This document shows, piece by piece, positions 19,372-27,360 of a DNA stretch of 64,000 nucleotides (position 1 is the first letter of the stretch; the number at the start of each line of letters is the position of its first letter). Below the pieces are notes generated by a model. The model ran no database searches. It saw only the letters and a list, made by a program, of their open reading frames with translations, and was not told where the DNA came from. The DNA is from a virus, in the IMG/VR virus record IMGVR_UViG_3300042534_000747. The stretch is one strand, 5' to 3'. The translations under genes were made by a program, and so were the position numbers.

Positions 19372-21000
19372 TTATTCCCATCTGTTATTATTTGCTCTTC
19401 CATCTTTGAATATTTCAGTTGTTTCCTTTTTTGATTTTTTGAATGTATCAGTCATTTCTTTGTAGTGTGTGGATATTACATCTTGATATGTGCCTGTCAG
19501 GTATGAATGTTGTTGGTCATGATTTGAATGGCTAATGTGAGCATATTCATGAGATAGTTTGTTAAATAGGTAATGACCTAGTTCAAATGCATTGCCTGTC
19601 TTGTTAATCATTTCAGGATTGATGAGCAGATATACTTTATTATTGATATATTCCATTTGAGCTTGTGTTTCACTCTTTACATATTTTTTTGTTTCATCAT
19701 CAATGTTTCTGGTATAAAGAAGTCCTACACCTATATCATCTGTGTATCCTCTAATTTCCATGAATTGTAAGAGAATATTTCTCCAATAATGCAGTATTGT
19801 TTGTGGTTTTTTTGCAAATACGTCTTTTGGCACTTTTTTGTAATTTTCAACCTTTACAACAAATTCAAAACCAAATGGTGAGTGCATGATGAGGTCTTTT
19901 TGAACAAATGAATCTCTAAGTTCATCAATGTTTACTTCAGGATGTGTTATAATTTCAATTTCATTATTTTCAATTGCTTCCTGTTCAATTCTCTGATTTT
20001 CTTCTCTGATTTTTGTTGCAATTGCAGATGCAATACAATAATCAAAAGTTGTACCTTCATTTGTTGAATTTTCATCAACTATTTGTTCAATTTCAGATTC
20101 AGGAATTATATCTGCAAACATGTTTTTCAATGTTTGTTTGATTGTTTCACCCTTATATGTATTTACAAATGATGAAGTTTGTTTATCAAATACTGTAACA
20201 GGATTTACAATAACTTGCCTGTAAAGTTTTTGATATTCCCTATCATAACTCCATTTCAAAGATTCCCTACTGGATGTAAGGATAGTAGTGCTGTCTTTTG
20301 TGAGGTCAAGAATTGTTGTAATGGAAGAATCATCAAGACCTTCATAAAACATGGCAACTCCATGCACTCTAATAATCATCATGCCATTATTTTGCTTTTT
20401 CTTGATTTGTACATTAGCCCAATCAAGTTCACGCTTTGCACCTCTTTTGTCCATCTGTTCAAGAATTACATCATTAAGAGTGATTGTTGCTTTTGTAGTG
20501 CAAAGTGATACAAAAAATCTAATTTCAGAAATCCATGATGGTGCAGACATTCCTTCATCATATTTTATTTCTATTTTAGTGCCTTTTGGATGATTACCAT
20601 TATCGTAACCAATTGGTTGATTACCAAGCATTTCAGATGTAAGGTAGTATTGAGTTTTTCCATCCATACAAGTTGTTATACTCCATGATTCCCATGTGAA
20701 AAAGAGTACTTCCTTTGCCTTTCCAAAACCACCAACTGCATCAGGTGAATCCTTATGTGAACCACCTAGAGTCAAAAGTTTGTTGAGAAGGATATCTTCA
20801 TTCATCCCTCTACCATCATCAATAAGGGTAATGGTGCGTGATTCAGAATTAATTTCAATGTTGATGTTTTTTGCACCTGCATCAACACTATTTTGGATTG
20901 CTTCACGAATCCAGATAAAACGAATGTCATTTGAGTATTCATTTCTGGATTTTGCAAAGTATGAGTTGTCAAATTTTATTGTTGCTATTTCGCCTGCCAT
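19372..21000 (-). CDS. GHKL (HATPase_c) ATPase with C-terminal HExxH motif
   Basis: EAIQNSVDA, DDGRGM, GGFGKAK, GTKI; SHEYAH near C-terminus. Confidence 0.8.
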   Translation of the reverse strand: MAGEIATIKFDNSYFAKSRNEYSNDIRFIWIREAIQNSVDAGAKNINIEINSESRTITLIDDGRGMNEDILLNKLLTLGGSHKDSPDAVGGFGKAKEVLFFTWESWSITTCMDGKTQYYLTSEMLGNQPIGYDNGNHPKGTKIEIKYDEGMSAPSWISEIRFFVSLCTTKATITLNDVILEQMDKRGAKRELDWANVQIKKKQNNGMMIIRVHGVAMFYEGLDDSSITTILDLTKDSTTILTSSRESLKWSYDREYQKLYRQVIVNPVTVFDKQTSSFVNTYKGETIKQTLKNMFADIIPESEIEQIVDENSTNEGTTFDYCIASAIATKIREENQRIEQEAIENNEIEIITHPEVNIDELRDSFVQKDLIMHSPFGFEFVVKVENYKKVPKDVFAKKPQTILHYWRNILLQFMEIRGYTDDIGVGLLYTRNIDDETKKYVKSETQAQMEYINNKVYLLINPEMINKTGNAFELGHYLFNKLSHEYAHISHSNHDQQHSYLTGTYQDVISTHYKEMTDTFKKSKKETTEIFKDGRANNNRWE

Positions 21001-21006
21001 GTTAAT

Positions 21007-21052
21007 TCACCTACAATGCTATACAAGGTTGTAATAGTATATAAATGTTTGT
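21007..21052 (-). promoter_or_regulatory. promoter/SD cassette
   Basis: CACCTACAATGCTATACAA shared with 34924 copy; TATA follows. Confidence 0.7.
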
Positions 21053-21112
21053 GAAATTATGAGTAGAAATGTGCAAATAATTAAAGATTTGTAATAAAAA
21101 AGGAAAAAAGAA

Positions 21113-21334
21113 TTATTTATTTGATTTTCTTATATAATTCATTAGAAAATCATGTGCTTCTTTTTTACTAGTTGTCATTTTTGAAGGATAACCATTGTAA
21201 TATACTGCATATTTATAATTTGGAGTACCCACTGAATTTACTGATTTTGTAAATTTGTCTACAATGATTTCAGTTTTATTTATTTTTGATGTGTAGGAAT
21301 CTTCACCTACTTTTTTCCAATCTTTTAGTGCCAT
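21113..21334 (-). CDS. hypothetical protein
   Basis: 73-aa ORF. Confidence 0.6.
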   Translation of the reverse strand: MALKDWKKVGEDSYTSKINKTEIIVDKFTKSVNSVGTPNYKYAVYYNGYPSKMTTSKKEAHDFLMNYIRKSNK

Positions 21335-21336
21335 AT

Positions 21337-21531
21337 TTATCTTTCCGATTTATATAGGAACTTATTTTTTTGTTTGTTTGGGTATCCCCAATTATGAGCT
21401 TGCTTGTCGGTGATTTCACCTGATTTATTAAGATTATCTACATGGCATTGCCATTCATATTTATTTTCACCTATATCATCTGTTGGTGTATACCATCCAA
21501 AAAATTCAAATTCTGCATCTGCTTTATTCAT
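21337..21531 (-). CDS. small phage protein, paralog of 30932..31144
   Basis: MNK.DAE..FF...G.IT.KQA..W.YPNKQK. Confidence 0.7.
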   Translation of the reverse strand: MNKADAEFEFFGWYTPTDDIGENKYEWQCHVDNLNKSGEITDKQAHNWGYPNKQKNKFLYKSER

Positions 21532-21557
21532 TATTTCACCTTTAAAAACTGAAGTGA

Positions 21558-21794
21558 TTAAACTTCAGTAATTTTAATATCTTTCCTTACAAACCAACCA
21601 TGTTCACCTGTTTTATATCCTTCTTTTTTAGCAATAATTGCTCTAGCAGTTCCGCTTGCACCTGCCCAACTAGCACTATTCCAATCTTCAGTTCCAATTG
21701 CAACAGGTACGTTTTTTACAATTCTGTACACACGAATATTTCTATTCATTCCTCTTCTATCTGAACCACTTTCTATATAGATATATGATGGCAT
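21558..21794 (-). CDS. hypothetical protein
   Basis: 78-aa ORF, GGTGA SD. Confidence 0.65.
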   Translation of the reverse strand: MPSYIYIESGSDRRGMNRNIRVYRIVKNVPVAIGTEDWNSASWAGASGTARAIIAKKEGYKTGEHGWFVRKDIKITEV

Positions 21795-21851
21795 TTATTT
21801 CACCTGATTATATATTAAGTTATAAGTATATAAATATTTTTACATTTGTTG

Positions 21852-22313
21852 TTATATGATTTTGTAAAGTTTGAATAAATTATATGCACCAAAATTTGTA
21901 GTATAATCTGTTTTAAATTTAGTTACTTTTGTTACATCTTCAGGTGTATCATATACTTCTATGTTTGTAAAGTTATAAAAATGCTTTAATATGAATTGTG
22001 GAAGAAATGAAGTACAATCATATTGGAATCCATTGACGGAAAGCCATGCATGTCTAAATTCATCACCATTTCTTTCCACATCACTTCTTACAATATCTGC
22101 ATCAAATCCTAATGCAGTAAAAATTTCAAATTGCTCTGCTGCCATATTTGAACAGTCGTGTACGCCTTTTACATATGAAAATGAATGGATTGAATATAAA
22201 ATACATATTGCAATCAAAAAAATCATAAATATTTTATACGTTTTAAAAGATATCATAACTAAATCAGTGGTTGTAATAATATATAAAACTTTCTTGAAAT
22301 TGGTAGTAATCAA
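21852..22313 (-). CDS. transglutaminase-like cysteine protease, membrane-anchored or secreted
   Basis: DCSNMA / HAWL / YDCT Cys-His-Asp triad after hydrophobic segment. Confidence 0.7.
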   Translation of the reverse strand: MITTNFKKVLYIITTTDLVMISFKTYKIFMIFLIAICILYSIHSFSYVKGVHDCSNMAAEQFEIFTALGFDADIVRSDVERNGDEFRHAWLSVNGFQYDCTSFLPQFILKHFYNFTNIEVYDTPEDVTKVTKFKTDYTTNFGAYNLFKLYKII

Positions 22314-22397
22314 TTTTACGTTTTTTTAGTTAAATTTAAATAACATGAAGGATATTAGTTGTATTGTTCTATTGTAAATTAATAGGGATGATAAATA

Positions 22398-22955
22398 ATG
22401 AAAACTGAAGCATTTTATGTTGAAAGAATTAGAGAACTTGAAGATGAAAACGTACTTCTTGCTAAAAAATTGAAAGTAGTTCAGGCAAATATTAAGCATG
22501 TTGAAGCAGAAAGTTGGAAAGGTAAGGATTCACCTACAATTAATAGTTTCAATGGTTACTATATTTTTACAGAACATCGTAAGGATAAGTTCACTAATGA
22601 AGTAAAGGATATTAATCATAAAATTCAGAATGAAACTGTAAAAAAGATATATGATATAATTAAGAAACATGTTAATTATAGATGTGACATTGCAGGATAT
22701 AAATTTGATAATGCACATGCTCCTTTGATTTTTGATGTTGGAGCAAGGGATTTATGGATTGAACTAATTGATGAATATAAGATTCGTGTTGAATTGGATG
22801 CTTTTAATGGTGGTCAGAATAGAAATAAGTATTATTTCCCATTGTACTATTACCCTCTGAAGATTCTGGAAAGCAAGGGTGTTATTGAGTATGAAGGATA
22901 TGGTAGAATTAGACTTCTAGAAACAAATTATAAAATTTATAGTGGTAATAATTAA
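22398..22955 (+). CDS. hypothetical protein
   Basis: 185-aa ORF. Confidence 0.7.
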   Translation: MKTEAFYVERIRELEDENVLLAKKLKVVQANIKHVEAESWKGKDSPTINSFNGYYIFTEHRKDKFTNEVKDINHKIQNETVKKIYDIIKKHVNYRCDIAGYKFDNAHAPLIFDVGARDLWIELIDEYKIRVELDAFNGGQNRNKYYFPLYYYPLKILESKGVIEYEGYGRIRLLETNYKIYSGNN

Positions 22956-22967
22956 TTACCACTTTTA

Positions 22968-23210
22968 TTAAGAAATAGTCCAATCATTGTTACATTTTTT
23001 ACATTTTCTTTTGATGTATGTTCTATGACCAAACATAGATGAATAACTATGACCATAATTAATATTTTTGAAATCTGTTGTATTACCACATTTTAGGCAT
23101 TTTCTAGGATTCTGTGTCTGTTTTTCAATAAAATCAACAATATTATCCATTTCTTGTAGTATTTTAATTAATGATTTTTTTTCTTCTTCAGTTAATGGTT
23201 TTTTAGTCAT
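22968..23210 (-). CDS. zinc-ribbon protein, paralog of 23854..24099
   Basis: C-x2-C-x28-C-x2-C-x3-W. Confidence 0.7.
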   Translation of the reverse strand: MTKKPLTEEEKKSLIKILQEMDNIVDFIEKQTQNPRKCLKCGNTTDFKNINYGHSYSSMFGHRTYIKRKCKKCNNDWTIS

Positions 23211-23237
23211 ATATTAATTTCCTATATAAAAAGGGAA

Positions 23238-23456
23238 TTACTTTTTTCCCTTTCTAATATCTTCAATGGTGTATTTTTTTATGTTTTTAGAGAGTGTGAC
23301 TGAGCCATCTACAAACCCTGTCATAAAATCACCATTAATTTCAAGTTTATCCATCCACATACCAGTATTACAAACATCATTTTCATATACTGAAATCATG
23401 ATTGGCGTTGGGCTATCTTGAACATCATCATCTTCTATTACTATTTTATATGGCAT
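23238..23456 (-). CDS. hypothetical protein
   Basis: 72-aa ORF with own TATA. Confidence 0.6.
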   Translation of the reverse strand: MPYKIVIEDDDVQDSPTPIMISVYENDVCNTGMWMDKLEINGDFMTGFVDGSVTLSKNIKKYTIEDIRKGKK

Positions 23457-23542
23457 AGTAATGCATTGTAATGTATTTGTAGTATATAAATGTTTTTAGA
23501 TTAAAGAAATTAAAGAAAATGCAAAAAAGTTAATTATTGTAC

Positions 23543-23797
23543 TTAATATTCCTTTTCGTAATGGTCTTTATTGTTTTTTGTTACGGTTTTTATAATTCTA
23601 GGTGAAATTTCTTTTGATAATCTGATTATTCTTTTTTCTATAAGATGAATAATCTCAACTATTTCATCTTCTTTACTTTCATAACCTATTATAAATGTTG
23701 CAAACATTTCACTATTATTAATACATTTACCAATTTGACCGTTACCTCTTTTGTCACCTATCCATATTTCATACCATTTGTTTGTTTCAAAATCCAT
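23543..23797 (-). CDS. hypothetical protein
   Basis: 84-aa ORF behind cassette at 23801-23845. Confidence 0.65.
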   Translation of the reverse strand: MDFETNKWYEIWIGDKRGNGQIGKCINNSEMFATFIIGYESKEDEIVEIIHLIEKRIIRLSKEISPRIIKTVTKNNKDHYEKEY

Positions 23798-23853
23798 AAT
23801 TTCACCTGTAATATTATAAATGGGTGTAATATTATATAAATGTATGTCTTATT

Positions 23854-24099
23854 TCACAATCTCATAGTCCATCTATTTTCACAATTTATACATATTCTCA
23901 TAATATGCATTTTTGAACCAATTCCTGAAAAATATCTTCCACCATATTGAACATTTTTAAAATTTGAACTGTTTCCACATTTCAAACATTTTCTCGGACT
24001 TTGATTTTGAAGTTCTATTGAATTTGTAATTTCTTCTATAATTTTATTACGTTCTTCAAGTAATGCTTTTTTTTCTTCATTTGTTAAATTATTATTCAT
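23854..24099 (-). CDS. zinc-ribbon protein, paralog of 22968..23210
   Basis: C-x2-C-x28-C-x2-C-x3-W. Confidence 0.7.
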   Translation of the reverse strand: MNNNLTNEEKKALLEERNKIIEEITNSIELQNQSPRKCLKCGNSSNFKNVQYGGRYFSGIGSKMHIMRICINCENRWTMRL

Positions 24100-24206
24100 A
24101 ATTTATATTATGATATAGTTTTAGATTAATTATAGTATATAAATATTTTTACAATTAAATTAAAAAAATTATAAATACTTATTTATTGTAAGTTTATTGG
24201 TGATTT

Positions 24207-24483
24207 TTGATTAATTATAAAATTTTTGGTTTCAATTTAAGTAGAGATTATGAAGGAAATTTTTATGGTGATGGAACATATGAAACAAAATATTTAGTGA
24301 TTCTTAGACATGATTCTTCAGATAAAAATATAGTTAAAGCATTAAGGGATATTGGATTTTTTTAGAAAAGGAATACATTCTACTAATTATAAAATAAGCG
24401 GTGATACTGAAAAATCGTTGATAATTAAATCTGCTAAGAGTGGAATGTTTATATGTGAATTAAGAAAAATAAATGATTATTAG
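24207..24483 (+). pseudogene. frameshifted paralog of 32449..32715 (not in ORF track)
   Basis: GGTGA SD, TTG start, GGA TTT TTT TAG at T7 run 24357-24363; +1 frame continues RKGIHS...FICELRKINDY*. Confidence 0.6.
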
Positions 24484-26717
24484 TCATTTATTTCTATACC
24501 TTTTTCTTCAAAGTACATATTTCTTGCATCAATGATGCTTGTTTTTGAAGGCAACTCATTATTTAGCATTTTTTGTCTACACCATCCATAAAAATAATTA
24601 TCGAATGCAGTATATAATTTGCTTTCATGTGGCTTGCCATTCTTCAGTACTATATCGAATGCACCACGAAGGTTTTTCCATGTATTATAGAAATGTCCTT
24701 TTGTTTTGGTCATGAAGCCTGTTGCATCTTCAATCACAAAACCTTCAACATATTCATTATTGTATTTGTAATTTTCAGAATTGACTTCATTATATAGTTC
24801 AAGGAAATCTTCTATATTGTCTACTGTATAGCAAAGTTCCTTTACTTCAATACCTAATTCATTGCCTAATTTTTGAACTTCATCATATGGAAGTTTTTCA
24901 TATTCAAATGTCCTTCTAACTAGGTCAAGTAAGATGATTTTTGGTTTTGAGTATTCAATTATATGAGGGTCTTTTTCAGGATGAATAACTTCAAAAATTG
25001 CACTAGTATTATTTATTTTATTATAATTTTTGAGAAATTCACGCTTTTCTTCTGTAACGGAATCATTGAATATTTCTTCAAATGTAAGTGCATAATTACC
25101 TGCATTATTTGAATATTCTTTTGCATCATATGATTTTGATGAAATGAATAGTTTGTCAAATTCACTGTTGTAACCTATAATTCCTAAAAATCCATTATAT
25201 TTTAGGTAGAATTTTACAGGGAACTGTAGATTCTTAATTAATTGTGAAAGTTGCACTTCAGGTATATTTCTCTGGTCTACATTGAAGAATTTTTCATATG
25301 AACGTGATACTATTTCAAGTGTACTAAGATTTATGAAAAGTCCTCTTGCTTTGATTGTCTGACTATTCCATTTATTGTTTCTAAATACTGAACTGGTAAA
25401 ATTATATGATATAACATTATCAGATAGAGCACGTTTATTAATATTGTTATTTGAATTTAACAAATTAATTATTTCATTATAAGATTTATTTAATGGTAAT
25501 TCAGTTCTTTTTTCATAAACCTTAAATACTGTATTTTTGATTTCAATAGGTGTGAAACCTGTGGAATCTAGTGTAAGGCATCTGAGATTACCACCTGATT
25601 CAATTTCATGGTTCAGATTGAAACATCTGTCATTGATTTGAATAGGGTCAAGTAATTTGTTTCTATGTCCGTGTACCTGATATGTATCATTAGGAGAATG
25701 CTTCATGAAGGCATTATTTACAATATTCATATCATCATACATACCAACTCCACGAATCATCTCATGGCAAGCTATGAAAGCTATGTTTTCAGGCATCTTA
25801 GAGATTCCTGCATGGGTTACAATTACATTTTTGTCATGGAATTTGTAATATAGGCATGGATAGAGCTTGCGATAGAACATTCTTGCATCTTTCTTTGTGA
25901 ATCCTGCATTAACAAGTTGATGAACTGTTTTATGCATAAATTCTTTAGATGCATATCTTGTTTCTGTTTCATTTGAATATCCCCAATTTTTCAAATGAAT
26001 TTCATGATTACCTTCAAGCATAACTACATTAGGCATGTTGATAATGCTTTTTAGGAAATTCATTACTTCACCATTTTCAATACCTCTATCAATATAGTCA
26101 CCTACAAAAATATAAAATTCATTAGGGTCAATTCCATTTTTGAGGTATTCCTGAAGAACTGTATTGCATCCATGAATATCTCCAATGTGATGAATTTTTT
26201 TGTAATTTGAAAGGTCTGTGATTTTGGTTTTAAATGTTTCATTAAAATCTTCAGGTTTAATTACAGTTACAAATGATTGTGGTTCAAGAACTTCAAACCT
26301 TGCATTCATCTTTTCAAGTACATCTTCAGGTACAAATTTATATTCTTCTCTATTTTTGTTTCTACGCTTTACTTCTTCAAGAGGTATGTCTGTAAAATCA
26401 AGTGCATAAACTCTATATTTGTATTTATCAGTGAGATTTTTGTATTTTTTGTAATCTTGGGTTCTGGAATGTGTAGCATCAATAATAATGAATTCTCCAC
26501 GTTCCATACGCTTTTCTACAAGCTCCATTATGAGTTTCCATACATAATTATCATTAAATTGAGAAATTCCATCTGTGCCATCAGGCATCTGTATAGGTGA
26601 CTGAACTAAAAGTCTAATAGAGTCTGCACTAATGGTATATTTTTCAAGATTATTATTTTTTAGGAAAGTGGATTTTCCACATCCTGCTATTCCTCTCATG
26701 AGTACTAAATTTTTCAT
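24480..26717 (-). CDS. trifunctional RNA repair enzyme: polynucleotide kinase + metallophosphoesterase + Rnl1-like RNA ligase
   Basis: P-loop GIAGCGKST, IDAT; GDIHG/GDYIDRG/GNHE; ARGLF...SRSYEKFFN, KYNG, EGFV, KTK; ATG 26717 behind GGTGA. Confidence 0.88.
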   Translation of the reverse strand: MKNLVLMRGIAGCGKSTFLKNNNLEKYTISADSIRLLVQSPIQMPDGTDGISQFNDNYVWKLIMELVEKRMERGEFIIIDATHSRTQDYKKYKNLTDKYKYRVYALDFTDIPLEEVKRRNKNREEYKFVPEDVLEKMNARFEVLEPQSFVTVIKPEDFNETFKTKITDLSNYKKIHHIGDIHGCNTVLQEYLKNGIDPNEFYIFVGDYIDRGIENGEVMNFLKSIINMPNVVMLEGNHEIHLKNWGYSNETETRYASKEFMHKTVHQLVNAGFTKKDARMFYRKLYPCLYYKFHDKNVIVTHAGISKMPENIAFIACHEMIRGVGMYDDMNIVNNAFMKHSPNDTYQVHGHRNKLLDPIQINDRCFNLNHEIESGGNLRCLTLDSTGFTPIEIKNTVFKVYEKRTELPLNKSYNEIINLLNSNNNINKRALSDNVISYNFTSSVFRNNKWNSQTIKARGLFINLSTLEIVSRSYEKFFNVDQRNIPEVQLSQLIKNLQFPVKFYLKYNGFLGIIGYNSEFDKLFISSKSYDAKEYSNNAGNYALTFEEIFNDSVTEEKREFLKNYNKINNTSAIFEVIHPEKDPHIIEYSKPKIILLDLVRRTFEYEKLPYDEVQKLGNELGIEVKELCYTVDNIEDFLELYNEVNSENYKYNNEYVEGFVIEDATGFMTKTKGHFYNTWKNLRGAFDIVLKNGKPHESKLYTAFDNYFYGWCRQKMLNNELPSKTSIIDARNMYFEEKGIEIND

Positions 26718-26764
26718 TTTTTCACCATTGATTAAACAATGGTTGTAATGATATTTAAAAGTAT

Positions 26765-26801
26765 GCAAAAAAAAGAAATTAATGAAGCCATTTTGCTTCA
26801 A
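26765..26801 (-). terminator. hairpin plus oligo-T terminator closing the array transcript
   Basis: TGAAGC/GCTTCA stem (26783-26800) then TTTCTTTTTTTT on minus strand. Confidence 0.6.
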
Positions 26802-26809
26802 TGTAGCCA

Positions 26810-27126
26810 GTCACAATTCAACATTGTTGGAATAATGTATTGTAACACCAGACAACAAAATAAGAAATATCAAAAGAAGCATAAGTCACAATTCAACATA
26901 TTTGAAATGTTGTATGACAACTAATCCATTCAAAAGAAGAAGAAGTTATATGTTAACATCACAATTCAACATTGTTGGAATGTTGTATTGTAACATTTAG
27001 TATGAGTCCTGATTGTCACAATTCAACATTGTTGGAGTGTTGTATGACAACTCTATTCTTGGTAATGTTGCATGAGCAGTATTATGTGTGTCACAATTCA
27101 ACATTGTTGGAGTGTTGTATGGCAAC
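26810..27126 (-). CRISPR. mini CRISPR array, 5 x 37-nt repeats, 4 spacers (38, 36, 20, 38 nt)
   Basis: repeats at 26810, 26885, 26958, 27015, 27090; plus-strand consensus GTCACAATTCAACATTGTTGGAGTGTTGTATGACAAC with CAACAT/RTGTTG stem; orientation inferred from flanking promoter and terminator. Confidence 0.92.
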
Positions 27127-27285
27127 ACTGTAATGTATATTGTTTTTATTTATACAACATTTAGTTGATGTTGATTCTTGAATCATTGATTTCCTAATGG
27201 AACATCTCAAACAAGCTCACCCCATATGTGCTACGGTGTATATGATTATTAATTATTTGAATTGTACTTGGTTATCGTACAAGTC
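27127..27285 (-). ncRNA. putative structured leader / tracr-like scaffold
   Basis: anti-repeat-like ATACAACAT-N7-ATGTTGATT (27152-27176); hairpins TGATTC/GAATCA and TTGTAC/GTACAA. Confidence 0.45.
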
Positions 27286-27303
27286 ATATAATGTACGTTA
27301 TCA

Positions 27304-27316
27304 TATATAAATGTTC
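27304..27316 (-). promoter_or_regulatory. BRE/TATA promoter of the leader-array transcript
   Basis: GAACATTTATATA, matching the element's promoter consensus. Confidence 0.7.
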
Positions 27317-27342
27317 TGTAAGAAAAGAAATCTTGTATTTAT

Positions 27343-27360
27343 AAAGAAAAAAATAAAAAT
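27343..27360 (-). terminator. oligo-T terminator directly after tnpB
   Basis: ATTTTTATTTTTTTCTTT on minus strand. Confidence 0.6.

Noticed and set aside
15143-26600. Antisense shadow ORFs (e.g. 15143, 17993, 20179, 20351, 20696, 21991, 25665, 26218, 26277; similar ones at 1501, 4999, 35734, 39559, 50847, 58120)
   Set aside because: Fully nested opposite well-supported genes, Ser/Ile/Phe-rich, no SD or motifs.
26718-26801. Extended N-terminus of the RNA-repair enzyme (track start 26801)
   Set aside because: Overlaps the promoter and terminator; ATG 26717 has the GGTGA SD and begins the kinase domain.
26739-26924. 61-aa plus-strand ORF in the track
   Set aside because: Runs through CRISPR repeats; spurious.
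26847-27089. Self-targeting spacers
   Set aside because: I noticed no match elsewhere in the window, but an exhaustive alignment was not possible by eye; unresolved rather than excluded.
27146-27182. Sixth direct CRISPR repeat
   Set aside because: Only the self-complementary stem matches; the outer flanks fit the inverted repeat better, so it is reported as a candidate anti-repeat.
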